Shown here: one piece after another, positions 1 through 10,615 of the stretch
Layout of the letters: every line of letters begins with the position of its first letter
Numbering within the stretch: position 1 is the stretch's first letter
Source of the DNA: an uncultured Bacteroidota bacterium
GTDB taxonomy: Bacteria; Bacteroidota; Bacteroidia; Bacteroidales; VadinHA17
Direction: 5' to 3'
DNA: 64,000 nt
Assembly (NCBI GenBank): GCA_903824785.1
Contig: CAIJYD010000111.1
Span: 71,059-135,058 of the forward strand
The notes under the pieces: generated by a model
The model's input: only the letters and a program-made list of their open reading frames with translations
Databases searched by the model: none
Told to the model about the DNA's origin: nothing
Program-made: the position numbers and the translations under genes

Positions 1-905
1 GCATTGTTGGCCTTAAACCAACTGTGGGCCTGATAAGCCGTTCGGGGATAATCCCTATCTCATTTACTCAGGACACCCCCGGGCCGATGGGTCGATCGGT
101 GGAAGATGTTGCCATTACCCTTGGAGCCTTAACAGGAGCAGACACATCAGATTCCAAAACGATAGCGTCGGATGGAAAATACCAGACTGATTACACAAAG
201 TTCCTTAAAAAAGATGGCCTGAACGGAAAGCGTATAGGCCTCCTTAAAAAAGCCATGGGGTTTTCGGACAAGGTTGATACCCTGATGAATAAGGCCGTGG
301 CGTTTCTTAAAGCAAATGGAGCAGAAGTAGTTGATATTGAGTTCCCTGAAGGTGAAAATTATGGAGAGGCTTCATTTGAAGTAATGCTTTATGAATTCAA
401 AGAGGGTCTTAATAAATATTTAGCAGGTCTCGATAGCGGAACGAAAGTAAAAAGCCTGAAAGAGCTTATTGACTTTAATCTGTCTGATACAGTTGAGTTA
501 AGGTATTTCGATCAGAAGCTCCTGAAGATGGCTGAGAAAAAAGGAGGACTTGACTCGCCTGAATACAAGAAGTCTCTTGCTCTGATGCTAAAGGCAACAA
601 GGGAAGATGGTATTGATAAAGTAATGACTATCAACAAGCTTGATGCCATTATAGCACCTACAGGATCTCCTGCATGTAAAACCGATCTCCTTCTGGGTGA
701 CCATTTTACCGGAGGAAGCTCTTCCCTGGCAGCAGTAGCAGGATATCCTGCCATTACAGTTCCAATGGGCTTTATTGATAATTTACCGGTTGGTATTACC
801 TTCTTCGGCAAAGCATGGAGCGAACCTCTGCTTATTGAAATAGCATACAGTTACGAACAGGTTACCAGACACAGAAAAGCACCAAAATATATTGTTTCAG
901 ACTGA
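1..905 (+). CDS. Amidase-signature family amidase, 5' end cut by the window edge
   Basis: The frame is open from nt 3. IVGLKPTVGLISRSGIIPISFTQDTPGPMGRSVEDVA matches the conserved amidase-signature (GatA-like) core. The GTG at 24 is only the track's first start-like codon. Confidence 0.8.
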   Translation, partial: IVGLKPTVGLISRSGIIPISFTQDTPGPMGRSVEDVAITLGALTGADTSDSKTIASDGKYQTDYTKFLKKDGLNGKRIGLLKKAMGFSDKVDTLMNKAVAFLKANGAEVVDIEFPEGENYGEASFEVMLYEFKEGLNKYLAGLDSGTKVKSLKELIDFNLSDTVELRYFDQKLLKMAEKKGGLDSPEYKKSLALMLKATREDGIDKVMTINKLDAIIAPTGSPACKTDLLLGDHFTGGSSSLAAVAGYPAITVPMGFIDNLPVGITFFGKAWSEPLLIEIAYSYEQVTRHRKAPKYIVSD

Positions 906-924
906 TGAACTAAAACATATGCAA

Positions 925-961
925 AATAATTATCTTACTGTATCAGAGTAAGATAATTATT
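925..961. terminator. Bidirectional hairpin terminator between the convergent amidase and tatA genes
   Basis: Perfect 15-bp stem AATAATTATCTTACT (925-939) / AGTAAGATAATTATT (947-961) with a 7-nt loop. A T-rich run follows on the + strand, and TTTT follows on the - strand. Confidence 0.6.
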
Positions 962-964
962 TAA

Positions 965-1153
965 TTATTTTTTTACTTCCTCTTTTGATTCAGCAGCTGT
1001 CTTTTCCGCTTCCTCGTCAAAGCGCGAAGCTTTCTTAAATTCCTTCATACCCTGACCAATACCTTTCATAAGTTCAGGTATTTTCCTTCCGCCAAAAAGA
1101 AGAACAACAACAAGCAGGATCAGAATGATTTCTGTAGCACCAAAATTTCCCAT
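965..1153 (-). CDS. tatA: Twin-arginine translocase subunit TatA/E
   Basis: [42 protein letters not shown] is the canonical TatA TM helix, hinge and amphipathic helix. I prefer the ATG at 1153; the track's TTG at 1162 is an alternative start. Confidence 0.9.
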   Translation of the reverse strand: MGNFGATEIILILLVVVLLFGGRKIPELMKGIGQGMKEFKKASRFDEEAEKTAAESKEEVKK

Positions 1154-1324
1154 TACTTTCAATTTTAATTAGTGCCCAAAGTTAATTATACTCTCAATCA
1201 ATACCAAATGAAAAAGATGAATAACTACCAAAACAATGGAATGGATTAACAATCTTTAACTTCTGAATCTCCGTTGATTTTCTATCTTTAGGGCATTAAA
1301 CAACACACTAACAAAACTATATCC

Positions 1325-2452
1325 ATGAAAATCTACTCAATCCTTATTCTTGCATTATCATTGAATTCATTCAGTGAAAATGCTGCCGGTCAGAAACGGA
1401 GTCTGAATGATCGTAATGCAACAGCTGAAACACGTAACCTTTATCATAACCTCGGGGAACTGGCAAAAAAGCATACTCTCTTTGGGCATCAGCATTCTTC
1501 AGAGTATGGTCATGGATGGTCTGGTGATGCTGACAGATCTGACGTGAAGTCTGTTATCGGCTCCCATCCTGCCGTTACGGGCATTGATTTCAGTGGCTTT
1601 ACCGGAGGCTCGCCGGAAAACTCTGCCAAGTATAAAGAGAAAGTACGGCAGAGTGTTGTTTCAACATATGACCGTGGTGGTGTAGTTACCGCCGCCTGGC
1701 ATTTCCCTAATCCTGTTTCAGGAGGTGGTTTCAACTGGGTTGATTCCGTTTCCCTTCCTGCTGTAAGCTATATCATTCCGGGGGGAGCAGCTCATCAGAA
1801 ATATAAAGAGATACTGAAAGGTATCGGAGATTGGGCACATAGTATTAAAGGATCTGACGGCAAGCTTATCCCAATTATTTTTCGCCCCTATCATGAGTTT
1901 GACGGAGGATGGTTCTGGTGGGGAAGTACACATTGCACAAAAGAAGAGTTCACCTCATTATGGCGTTTTACTGTATCGTACCTGAGAGACAGCCTCGCTG
2001 TTCATAATTTCATATACGCCTTTTCACCTGACAACAAGTTCAATACCGAAGAAGAATACCTTGCCCGTTACCCGGGTGACGAATGGGTTGATCTCCTTGG
2101 AATGGATAATTATGGTGATATGGGTCGCAACCAATATGATATTCCTTTAGCAGCCAAAAAGCTGAAAATAGTATCGGATTATGCTGTTAAAACAGGAAAA
2201 CTGGCAGCATTCACTGAGACAGGCCTTGAGTCGATTCCAAATACAGAATGGTGGACCGGAACACTTCTGAAAACAATGAAAACCACCGACATGCAGCTTT
2301 GTTATGTATTGGTGTGGAGAAATGATATAAGGAGCCCCACTCACTTTTATGCTCCATTTCCCGGTCAGGTTAGTGTACCAGATTTTATGAAATTCTATGA
2401 AGATCCTTACACTTTATTTGAAAAGGATCTGAAAGGTATTTATAAAAAATAA
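1325..2452 (+). CDS. Glycoside hydrolase family 26 (beta-mannanase-like), secreted
   Basis: Has a signal peptide. GH26-type blocks LFGHQH, VTGIDF, AAWHF and FRPYHEFDGGWFWWG are present. Confidence 0.75.
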   Translation: MKIYSILILALSLNSFSENAAGQKRSLNDRNATAETRNLYHNLGELAKKHTLFGHQHSSEYGHGWSGDADRSDVKSVIGSHPAVTGIDFSGFTGGSPENSAKYKEKVRQSVVSTYDRGGVVTAAWHFPNPVSGGGFNWVDSVSLPAVSYIIPGGAAHQKYKEILKGIGDWAHSIKGSDGKLIPIIFRPYHEFDGGWFWWGSTHCTKEEFTSLWRFTVSYLRDSLAVHNFIYAFSPDNKFNTEEEYLARYPGDEWVDLLGMDNYGDMGRNQYDIPLAAKKLKIVSDYAVKTGKLAAFTETGLESIPNTEWWTGTLLKTMKTTDMQLCYVLVWRNDIRSPTHFYAPFPGQVSVPDFMKFYEDPYTLFEKDLKGIYKK

Positions 2453-2470
2453 AACAAAATGGCAGCAAGC

Positions 2471-2510
2471 GGGGGAATTGGCTGACCAGTCAGGAAAGCC
2501 AATCCTCCCC
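2471..2510. terminator. Imperfect hairpin between convergent GH26 and nagA
   Basis: GGGGGAATTGGCT ... AGCCAATCCTCCCC is an imperfect stem followed by TGTTTT. It lies in the 69-bp convergent spacer. Confidence 0.4.
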
Positions 2511-2521
2511 TGTTTTAGCTT

Positions 2522-3694
2522 CTATTCCTGATAGACCAGCGTTCCGTTCAGGTAAGTTTTTTTAACTTGTATCTGGGAACCGGCTCTTTCAAAAAGAATG
2601 ATATCAGCTCTTTTTCCTTTAACCAGGCTTCCCCGCTCGTGCAGGTTAAGGATTCGTGCAACGTTGCCTGATGCCATATCTATTGCATTTTCCAGGGAAC
2701 AGCCTATGAACTTAATAATATTTCCAACCCCGCTTTTCAGAGGGAAAGAGGCTCCGGCAAGGCAGTTCCTTTCTGAATTAAGCAGCATCCCTTCCTCTGT
2801 AAGATAAACTTCGCTCTCCAGGAAAGAATATTTTCCCGGAGCCATTCCTGCCAGGAAAATAACATCAGAAGTAAGAATTATATTATCAAATCCTTTGGCT
2901 TTAACAAATACTTTTATCTCCTCAGGAAGAAGATGGAGCCCATCACCAATAATTGAAGGAGTAAGCCTGTCATTGGCAAGTTGCTGCCATATCGGATTAT
3001 TATGACGATGAATGAAGTTTGCACAGCCGTTGCCGAGGTGGGTGGACAACCTCACTCCTGCTTCAACAGCTTTTATTATCTGAGCTGAAGAGGCTCCGGT
3101 ATGACCCATTGCGACAATAATACCATCATTATGACAGGATCTTATAAATTCCATCGCCCCGTCAAGTTCCGGAGCAATAGTTACCTCGACAATTCTTCCA
3201 CCTGCAGCTTTCTGATATTCACCGAATTCTGCAATGGATGGTTTCCTGATATGCTGTACAGGATGGCATCCCCGGTAACCCTCTTCCGCAGAAATATAGG
3301 GACCTTCAAGATGAAATCCGGGAATCGATTCCTGCAGCAGTGAACTCTTACCAAGAGCATCATTCATAATGGTGAAATTCCGAAGCAGGTTTTCATGACT
3401 GTTTGTAACCAGTGTGGGAAGAAAAGTGGTTACTCCGTCTCTCCAGATTGCTTTTGCAGCATACAGAACATCTTCTGCTGTAAGGCTTTTACCTGAAAAA
3501 TCAACATTGGCATAGCCATTTATCTGATTATCAATAAGCCCGGGAGCAATATAAAGGTTACTATTCTCCTTTTCAAGGTTGGCTGATTCTTCGATTCCTG
3601 CAATAATTCCATCAATAATTGTAATGCTGACAGGCCTGCCTGTTGCATAATGGATACCTTCCAGTATAGTTGGAACTGTCTTATCTTTTGTCAT
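2522..3694 (-). CDS. nagA: N-acetylglucosamine-6-phosphate deacetylase
   Basis: 390 aa amidohydrolase with NagA-type blocks GLIDNQINGY, FHLEGPYIS, AMGHTGAS and THLGNG. Confidence 0.85.
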   Translation of the reverse strand: MTKDKTVPTILEGIHYATGRPVSITIIDGIIAGIEESANLEKENSNLYIAPGLIDNQINGYANVDFSGKSLTAEDVLYAAKAIWRDGVTTFLPTLVTNSHENLLRNFTIMNDALGKSSLLQESIPGFHLEGPYISAEEGYRGCHPVQHIRKPSIAEFGEYQKAAGGRIVEVTIAPELDGAMEFIRSCHNDGIIVAMGHTGASSAQIIKAVEAGVRLSTHLGNGCANFIHRHNNPIWQQLANDRLTPSIIGDGLHLLPEEIKVFVKAKGFDNIILTSDVIFLAGMAPGKYSFLESEVYLTEEGMLLNSERNCLAGASFPLKSGVGNIIKFIGCSLENAIDMASGNVARILNLHERGSLVKGKRADIILFERAGSQIQVKKTYLNGTLVYQE

Positions 3695-3944
3695 ATATAT
3701 TTTAGTTTATTTTCCTGATCAGATGCTGCAAGTAATTTAAGAACTATTTCGTTTAAATAAAAAAACACCAAATGCTTATGATAGTAATACGAAACCGTTA
3801 AAAGTATAATAATTAATCTTAAGTACTAAAAAATCGCGAATGATTTTTCTCCATTTTTATCATAATAAAATCCCTTGCACTTTAATAATTCTGCCGTTAC
3901 AACTTAAACCTTTTTTATATCTTGCGAAAAATTAAAATCTTGTG

Positions 3945-6110
3945 ATGTTCAGACCTTTAATCTTCCTCTTTACCGCAACACTCCTTTGTTTTAGCACTAT
4001 ACTTTTTGGTCAGTCAAAAGGAATAAACAGGGAAAAATACCGTATTAATATTTCAGAGACCAGCAGTGAAATAAATATTGACGGAATTCTCGATGAACCG
4101 GTCTGGCTGTCGGCTGAAAAAGCTGACCATTTTCAGAGGGTTTTACCAACAGATACGGGTTTTGCCATTGCCCAGACAGAAGTAAGAGTCACATATACTG
4201 AATCAACTTTATATATTGGTATCACCTGCTTTGATCCTACATCCGGAAAGAGACCGGTAGAGTCGTTACGGCGCGACTTCAATTTTGGGAAGAACGATAA
4301 TTTTATTGTTTTCATCGATACCTATAATGATCAGACAAATGGTTTTGCATTCGGGATCTCTCCGGCAGGAGCCCAGTGGGACGGATTGCAGGCAAACGGC
4401 GGTAACGTGAATCTTGACTGGGATATAAAATGGAGATCGGAGGTTAAGAACTATGAAGACCGCTGGGTTGCAGAATTTGCCATACCATTCCGCAGTATGC
4501 GCTATAACGGAGGAGCTGCTGAATGGGGAATAAATTTCAGCCGGCAGGATCTGAAGACCAGTGAAAAATCGAGCTGGGCACCAATGCCAAGACAGTTTGC
4601 CACTGCAACTCTGGCATTCACCGGTTCCCTTGTCTGGGATAAGCCACTGCCATTATCAGGCCCCCGGTTTTCGCTTATTCCTTATGTATCTGCAAAAACA
4701 GTCCAGAATGCTGAAGCAGGTGAAGGGTTCAAACCCGATGCCAATGCAGGTATTGATGCCAAGGTTATTCTTTCCACATCAATGAACCTTGACCTGACAG
4801 TTAATCCTGACTATTCTCAGGTTGAAGTAGACAAACAAAGGACCAACCTTGACAGATTTGAACTCTTCTTTCCTGAAAAAAGACAGTTCTACCTTGAAAA
4901 CAGCGATCTGTTTGCAAACCTTGGTACTGAAAATCTCAGACCTTTCTTCTCGCGCAGAATTGGACTAAACAGCCCCGTTCAGGCCGGTGCACGACTCAGT
5001 GGGAAAATCGGCAATAACTGGAGGATCGGGATAATGGATATCCAGACCGGACAAAAAGATGAAATACAGGCAGGTAACTTTACTGTGGCTGCCCTTCAGC
5101 GTAAAGTATTCAGCCGCTCAAACGTTTCCGCTTTCTTTGTCAATAAACAGCTGACTGACGTTCATAGCGACACCGCAGGTTACAGGTTTAACCGGGTTGC
5201 CGGAGTGGAATACAACCTGGCAAGTGCCAATAACAGGTGGACAGGAAAGACATTTTACCATCAGTCGTTTTACCCGGGGGCATCCGGCAATGCTGCTGCT
5301 GTTGCTGCCAATATCACCTTTGCCACCCAATATCTGATGGCAACGATGAACCAGTCGTGGGTTGGTGCTGATTATCTGGCCGAAGTCGGTTACATCCGGA
5401 GAAAAGGTTACTATGAGATTAATCCGATGGTGCAGTATAAGTTTTTTCCCTCTTCAAGCAAAATTGCCAACCATGGACCGATTGCCAAGCTGGATATGTT
5501 TTTTGATCCTGCTCTTTCACTGACTGACAGAGAAGCCGAAATCTCATACCAGGTTGAATGGATTAATAAAAGTATCGTCAAAGTAGATTTTGAAGATACC
5601 TATCTTTTACTCCTGAATCCATTCGATCCGACCAATACCGGCGGTGATTCTCTGGCTGCAAATACAGAATTTAAATGGAACGAGATAAGCGCATCCTACA
5701 CATCAGATATCCGGAAACAGGTTAATTTCCTGGCAAGCACCGTTTATGGTGGATATTACGGAGGAAAACGACTTACCCTGAACGGAGAATTATACTATCG
5801 CATTCAGCCATACAGCAGTCTTGCCATTGTTACATCATATAACAAGATAGACATGCCTTCCCCATACAGCAGCGCAGCATTTGTCCTTATCGGACCCAGG
5901 CTCGATCTGACTTTTACCAACAAACTCTTCTTCACAAGCTTTGCTCAGTATAATAACCAGATAGACAATTTCAATCTGAATCTCCGTTTTCAGTGGCGCT
6001 TTGCACCTGTATCCGACCTGTTTATTGTTTATACAGAGAACTCTTTTCCGGGTGATTACAGGGTAAAAAACAGGGGATTAGTCTTCAAGTTATCATATTG
6101 GTTTAATTGA
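3945..6110 (+). CDS. CBM9-like / DUF5916 family outer-membrane-associated protein
   Basis: Signal peptide. N-terminal IDGILDEPVW...FQRVLP...LYIG resembles family-9 carbohydrate-binding modules. The long beta-rich C-terminus ends in an aromatic residue. GTG 3942 is an alternative start. Confidence 0.6.
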   Translation: MFRPLIFLFTATLLCFSTILFGQSKGINREKYRINISETSSEINIDGILDEPVWLSAEKADHFQRVLPTDTGFAIAQTEVRVTYTESTLYIGITCFDPTSGKRPVESLRRDFNFGKNDNFIVFIDTYNDQTNGFAFGISPAGAQWDGLQANGGNVNLDWDIKWRSEVKNYEDRWVAEFAIPFRSMRYNGGAAEWGINFSRQDLKTSEKSSWAPMPRQFATATLAFTGSLVWDKPLPLSGPRFSLIPYVSAKTVQNAEAGEGFKPDANAGIDAKVILSTSMNLDLTVNPDYSQVEVDKQRTNLDRFELFFPEKRQFYLENSDLFANLGTENLRPFFSRRIGLNSPVQAGARLSGKIGNNWRIGIMDIQTGQKDEIQAGNFTVAALQRKVFSRSNVSAFFVNKQLTDVHSDTAGYRFNRVAGVEYNLASANNRWTGKTFYHQSFYPGASGNAAAVAANITFATQYLMATMNQSWVGADYLAEVGYIRRKGYYEINPMVQYKFFPSSSKIANHGPIAKLDMFFDPALSLTDREAEISYQVEWINKSIVKVDFEDTYLLLLNPFDPTNTGGDSLAANTEFKWNEISASYTSDIRKQVNFLASTVYGGYYGGKRLTLNGELYYRIQPYSSLAIVTSYNKIDMPSPYSSAAFVLIGPRLDLTFTNKLFFTSFAQYNNQIDNFNLNLRFQWRFAPVSDLFIVYTENSFPGDYRVKNRGLVFKLSYWFN

Positions 6111-6126
6111 TAAAAAGGAGGTTAAT

Positions 6127-6936
6127 ATGGATGAAAAAAGTTATCCCATAACAAGTATCAAACCGGAAAAATACAAGGTCTGGTTCTTTGCAGGAGGAGA
6201 AACACGCGATAACCGGTTTAATATTTTCACAGGAGCTTTCATAAGATTAATGAAGAAGATTATGGAAGATGATTTTGAATTTATCAAAGGAATTTATTAT
6301 AAATCACCTATGATGAATGTTATTTGGGCACTAAATAATGCTCAGAAACCGATCAGCGATCCGGGAAACCACAGGATTACCACGGCAGCTTTCAGCCAGA
6401 TTATTGCAGCCGGACTTTCACCCGATACACAACTCGTAATAACATCTTCCAGTTCAGGAAGTATTGTTGCTGCCCAGACTGCCTGTTATCTTGCAGAAAA
6501 AAACAGGAACAATGTCTATTTCAGCAAACCTTTTCACCTCGTTTTAGGCGCAAGCATGCTCTCCTCCCGTTCAGCTCTTTACAAAAAGCTTCTCCTTTAT
6601 CAGAAAGAGGGAACTATCGGAACAATTCTTCACGATGAGGTTCAGGACAAAGGTGATAGTTCTGCGGGTGTTGGCGGGACATCAAGAACAGAAGCCTACA
6701 CTAATGCTTTTGGCTTGATTCTTCCGTTCCTGTCAGGGAAGTTCAAAGGGCCATCATTCCTGAATACCCACCCTGAAAAAGGCCATATTCACAGGAAAAG
6801 ATCCAAAACAGTTCAGAAAGCTCTCGACTATATCGATATAATACTGGTACAACATAAACTTGCCGGTAACAGGTATAAGGAAAAAGCTGTTGAGGTTGTT
6901 AATTCAGAACTGCAATCCGGTACTGAAACCAGATAA
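6127..6936 (+). CDS. Hypothetical protein (possible serine-hydrolase-like fold)
   Basis: 269-aa ORF 16 nt after the previous stop, preceded by AAGGAGG. VITSSSSGSIVAAQ resembles a nucleophile elbow. No family recognised. Confidence 0.5.
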   Translation: MDEKSYPITSIKPEKYKVWFFAGGETRDNRFNIFTGAFIRLMKKIMEDDFEFIKGIYYKSPMMNVIWALNNAQKPISDPGNHRITTAAFSQIIAAGLSPDTQLVITSSSSGSIVAAQTACYLAEKNRNNVYFSKPFHLVLGASMLSSRSALYKKLLLYQKEGTIGTILHDEVQDKGDSSAGVGGTSRTEAYTNAFGLILPFLSGKFKGPSFLNTHPEKGHIHRKRSKTVQKALDYIDIILVQHKLAGNRYKEKAVEVVNSELQSGTETR

Positions 6937-6977
6937 CAAAACTACTATCGCTGAGATAATTAAGTTTTAACTGTTTG

Positions 6978-7589
6978 CTATTTTATCTGAAAATCCAGAA
7001 GAGGTTTATCGCCCAGATAAGCAACAAGATTATCATTTCTGTTCAGCCGGCCAACACCCTGAGGAGTGCCGGTAAATATCAGATCGCCTGTCTTAAGGGT
7101 AAAAAATGTTGAGACATATTCAATTATCTCATTGAAGCCGAATATCATATCGGAGGTATTGCTCTCCTGAACTACTTTATTATTGATCTCGAGCCTGAAT
7201 CCAAGATCGCTCATATCGGCCACACTACTGACCGGAATAAAAGTTCCGAGGGGTGCCGAGCCATCAAAACATTTCGAAATCTCCCACGGCTTCCCGGCAG
7301 CTGCAAGTCTGCTTTGAATGTCGCGCGCAGTAATATCTATGCCTAAAGTTACTTCATCATAATAGCGTGAAGCAAACCTGGCGGAGATTCCCTTCCCCAG
7401 TTTGCTGATCTTTATAACGACCTCAACCTCATAGTGTATATTAGCCGAAAAATCAGGAAGGAAAAATGGTTTGTTGTTTTTAATAATTGATGAATCTGGT
7501 TTCATGAAGACCACAGGTTCTTCAGGAACCGGCCAGCCCATCTCCAAGGCATGTTTCCTGTAGTTGAGTCCGATACAGATGATCTTCAT
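6978..7589 (-). CDS. Fumarylacetoacetate hydrolase (FAH) family protein
   Basis: 203 aa. MKIICIGLNY..H..E, HYEVEVVI and GDLIFTGTPQGVG are typical of short FAH-family hydratase/isomerases. Confidence 0.8.
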   Translation of the reverse strand: MKIICIGLNYRKHALEMGWPVPEEPVVFMKPDSSIIKNNKPFFLPDFSANIHYEVEVVIKISKLGKGISARFASRYYDEVTLGIDITARDIQSRLAAAGKPWEISKCFDGSAPLGTFIPVSSVADMSDLGFRLEINNKVVQESNTSDMIFGFNEIIEYVSTFFTLKTGDLIFTGTPQGVGRLNRNDNLVAYLGDKPLLDFQIK

Positions 7590-7593
7590 TCTG

Positions 7594-8367
7594 TTACTGA
7601 TTTTTGCCGAACGATCTTAACTTAATTTCCGTAAGCACTTTTTTTGTATAGAGAGGAAATTCACCATTCATCATCCACGAATAATAGGCAGGCTCTTCAG
7701 TAAAGACAAGCTCAACCGATTTGCCTTTATGTTTACCAAAATTGAAGATCTCAATTCCGTTTTCATCAAGTATTATTCTTCCGGCAAAGTCAACAATAGT
7801 ATTGAATGAACTGAAATCTGCCAGTTTCTCAACATCATTTTCAAGATCACTATATCTGTCGAGCTGCGATTTAAGAACTTCAAAAGTGGCTGCAGTATCG
7901 GCTTTGGAACTGTGAGCGTCGTGAAGATCTTTTTTGCAGTAAAACTGATAAGCCGCAGCCAGAGTACGCTGCTCCTTTTTATGGAATATTACCTGAACAT
8001 CAACATACCTCCGTTTTTTGAAGTTGAAATCAATATTTACCCTGAGGAATTCTTCTGCAAGAACAGGGAGATCAAATTTAATCGCATTATATCCGGCAAG
8101 GTCGCATCCCTCCAGAAAAGCTGCAAGTTTTTTGGCAACTTCAACGAATTTAGGTGAATTTGCTACATCTTCATCTGTAATACCGTGAATGGCAGTGGTT
8201 TTAGGAGGAATGGCCATTTCGGGATTAACCCTGGTAGTCATCCACTCCTCTTTGCCATTGGGGCTGATCTTCAGAACTGAGAGCTCAACAATACGATCAT
8301 TTGAAATATTTATCCCGGTTGTCTCAAGGTCGAGAAAAGCGAGAGGACGTTTAAGGTTCAGATTCAA
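7594..8367 (-). CDS. DnaQ-like 3'-5' exonuclease domain protein
   Basis: Exo I motif FLDLETTG, an Exo II region, and Exo III H..S.ADT (HDAHSSKADTAAT). It lies 3 nt downstream of dnaN. Confidence 0.8.
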   Translation of the reverse strand: MNLNLKRPLAFLDLETTGINISNDRIVELSVLKISPNGKEEWMTTRVNPEMAIPPKTTAIHGITDEDVANSPKFVEVAKKLAAFLEGCDLAGYNAIKFDLPVLAEEFLRVNIDFNFKKRRYVDVQVIFHKKEQRTLAAAYQFYCKKDLHDAHSSKADTAATFEVLKSQLDRYSDLENDVEKLADFSSFNTIVDFAGRIILDENGIEIFNFGKHKGKSVELVFTEEPAYYSWMMNGEFPLYTKKVLTEIKLRSFGKNQ

Positions 8368-8370
8368 TGG

Positions 8371-9501
8371 TTACGAATTTATCATCATTGGCATGAGAAG
8401 CATCAGAAGATCTTCCGATTTATTATCGGTTGTTACCGGTAAAAATAATCCGGCTCTTGTCGGATCGGCAAGTTCAATCATAACATCCTGTGAAGTAATA
8501 TTAGCCAGAATCTCAAGAAGGAATACCGATTTGAAACCGATCTCAATCTCTTCCCCTTCATAAAGACATTTGATCCTCTCATAAGCTGAAATAGAAAAAT
8601 CAATATCCTGTGCCGAGACAATCACCTGATTACCTGTAAGCTGCAACTTAACAAGATTACTTGCCTGATTGGAGAAAACGGATACTCTCTTGAGGGTATT
8701 ATAGAATTCAACCCTGTCGATAGTGATATTGCGGGGATTATTTTTTGGTATTACCGAGTTGTAATTAGGATAGTTTCCTTCAACCAGACGACATACAACT
8801 TTGTAATCGTTCAGGATAAAAAATGCATTTTTATCATCAAACTCAACAGTTACAGAGCCAACTTCCCTTGGCAGGATATTTTTAAGCAATGATGCCGGTT
8901 TTTTTGGAAGAATAAATGAAGCGTTGTCGTCAGCATAAGCGTCAGTTCGCTGGTATCTTACCAGTTTATGGGCATCAGAAGCAACAAACGTAATTTTGTC
9001 AGTTGAAGCCTCAACGAAAATTCCACCCATAACCGGACGAAGTTCATCATCGGCTGTGGCAAAGAGCGTTTTGGTGATACCGGAGAGTAATATATCGGCA
9101 TTTATAACAAATACAAATTTCTTATCTTTCTTTATTGAAGGCAAGGCAGGAAAATCGATACCGTTCTGACCAACAACATTAAACTGCCCGTTTTCAGAGC
9201 TGATAACAACGGCCATTGTATCTTTATTGATATCGAATGTAAGAGGTTGTACGGAAAACTCTTTAAGTGAATCGAGTAATATTCTTGCCGGAAGAGCAAT
9301 CGTACCATCTCCATCGGTATTCTCAAGTTTCATTCTTGTAATAAGCGTTGATTCAAGGTCGGAGGCCGTTATTTCAAGATCGTTTCCTGAAAGGTTAAAG
9401 AGAAAGTTATCAAGTATAGGAAGCGTGTTCTTAGAACTGATTACCCTGCTTATGGCCTGCAGATGGCCGAGAAGTTCCGAACTGGATACTACAAATTTCA
9501 T
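8371..9501 (-). CDS. dnaN: DNA polymerase III beta sliding clamp
   Basis: 376 aa. N-terminus MKFVVSSSELLGHLQAISRVISSKNTLPILDNFLF and three-domain length are typical of DnaN. Confidence 0.92.
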   Translation of the reverse strand: MKFVVSSSELLGHLQAISRVISSKNTLPILDNFLFNLSGNDLEITASDLESTLITRMKLENTDGDGTIALPARILLDSLKEFSVQPLTFDINKDTMAVVISSENGQFNVVGQNGIDFPALPSIKKDKKFVFVINADILLSGITKTLFATADDELRPVMGGIFVEASTDKITFVASDAHKLVRYQRTDAYADDNASFILPKKPASLLKNILPREVGSVTVEFDDKNAFFILNDYKVVCRLVEGNYPNYNSVIPKNNPRNITIDRVEFYNTLKRVSVFSNQASNLVKLQLTGNQVIVSAQDIDFSISAYERIKCLYEGEEIEIGFKSVFLLEILANITSQDVMIELADPTRAGLFLPVTTDNKSEDLLMLLMPMMINS

Positions 9502-9637
9502 ACTTGTATAGTTTTAAATTGATTTATTGATTTCCAAATTTTGCTATTTCAGTCAAAATGAATGAGTTGAATTATATAATTTATTCAATTCCCAATTACC
9601 AATATTACAAAAAAAAACTATTACGTCAAACAAAAAA

Positions 9638-10615
9638 TTATTTCGGAAAGAAATATGATCTCTTCTTCAGCAAAGGGTCTATATCAAAATACCTCATGAC
9701 AAAAAGCTCATCCCTGTTTTGTGTTTTGCCCAGCAGTCTGTCTGTGTCTTTCGATCCGGTATTATTTTCGCTGTTCATCCTTTCCCATAATGTAAGTACC
9801 TCAGTAATACCATTTACTGTGGTTACAGTTATCCTGTAAAGGGGTTCCTGCCGTTCAACAATTTTCTTTTCCTTCTCCCCTGTTTCAAATACCCACGATT
9901 CAAAAGGGATCCAGGTGAAATATGAGAGATAACGGACCACCAGCGTTGAATCATATCCAGTAAGATTCCGCGTTCCATCAGATAAAACATAATGCCGGTT
10001 ATTATTTACTATTGAAAAAGAGGAGGCAGTATCTGACAGGTTTTCAAAGACGACGGAGGCAATTTCTGAAGGGAGAAGATTAAAAACTGTGTAGGGCTGC
10101 CAGAATAGTTCATTCACGGTGAACACTGAACCGATATTTATCTCCGAGCCCGGCACCGAGACAATAAAAGGTTTTGAGCTTCCCCGGATCTTCATGAAAT
10201 TTCCATATACATTCGAACCGGTTTTATATACCAGAAAACTCTTCAGCAGCTTTCTCTTTTCGAAAACTTTTACTCTTACCGGAACTATCTTTTTCTCTGT
10301 AATTTCTTTTTCAAATAACTCACCCGAAACAGGCGATTTTATCTTTATCTCCTGTAAAACTCTGCTAATATATAATATGCCGCTTTTTCTTGTTTCACCC
10401 TTACCGTTAATCAACCACTTTTCATCTTTTTTCTCCAGAGTTAATTGTTTGTCTCCCTCTGTAAACTCAATCCGGGTAATCCCTGACTGTGGTTCTGAAG
10501 CAAAAGAGCTGTTGTTTTTTCCGAACGGAGATCTGCTTTTGAACAGAATCAGGATAATAAGTGCTGATGCAAATGCCAGGATAACTAATCTGATAATTAT
10601 CTTATTCATTATCAA
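9638..10615 (-). CDS. DUF4340-like protein associated with gldG
   Basis: N-terminal TM anchor. 4-nt overlap with the gldG stop. This position after gldF-gldG is typical for DUF4340 proteins; the family call is from memory. Confidence 0.55.
   Translation of the reverse strand: MIMNKIIIRLVILAFASALIILILFKSRSPFGKNNSSFASEPQSGITRIEFTEGDKQLTLEKKDEKWLINGKGETRKSGILYISRVLQEIKIKSPVSGELFEKEITEKKIVPVRVKVFEKRKLLKSFLVYKTGSNVYGNFMKIRGSSKPFIVSVPGSEINIGSVFTVNELFWQPYTVFNLLPSEIASVVFENLSDTASSFSIVNNNRHYVLSDGTRNLTGYDSTLVVRYLSYFTWIPFESWVFETGEKEKKIVERQEPLYRITVTTVNGITEVLTLWERMNSENNTGSKDTDRLLGKTQNRDELFVMRYFDIDPLLKKRSYFFPK

Noticed and set aside
9502-9637. Replication origin next to dnaN
   Set aside because: There is no dnaA gene in the window and no TTATCCACA-type DnaA boxes in the dnaN upstream spacer. 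It is AT-rich, but so are all the other spacers.
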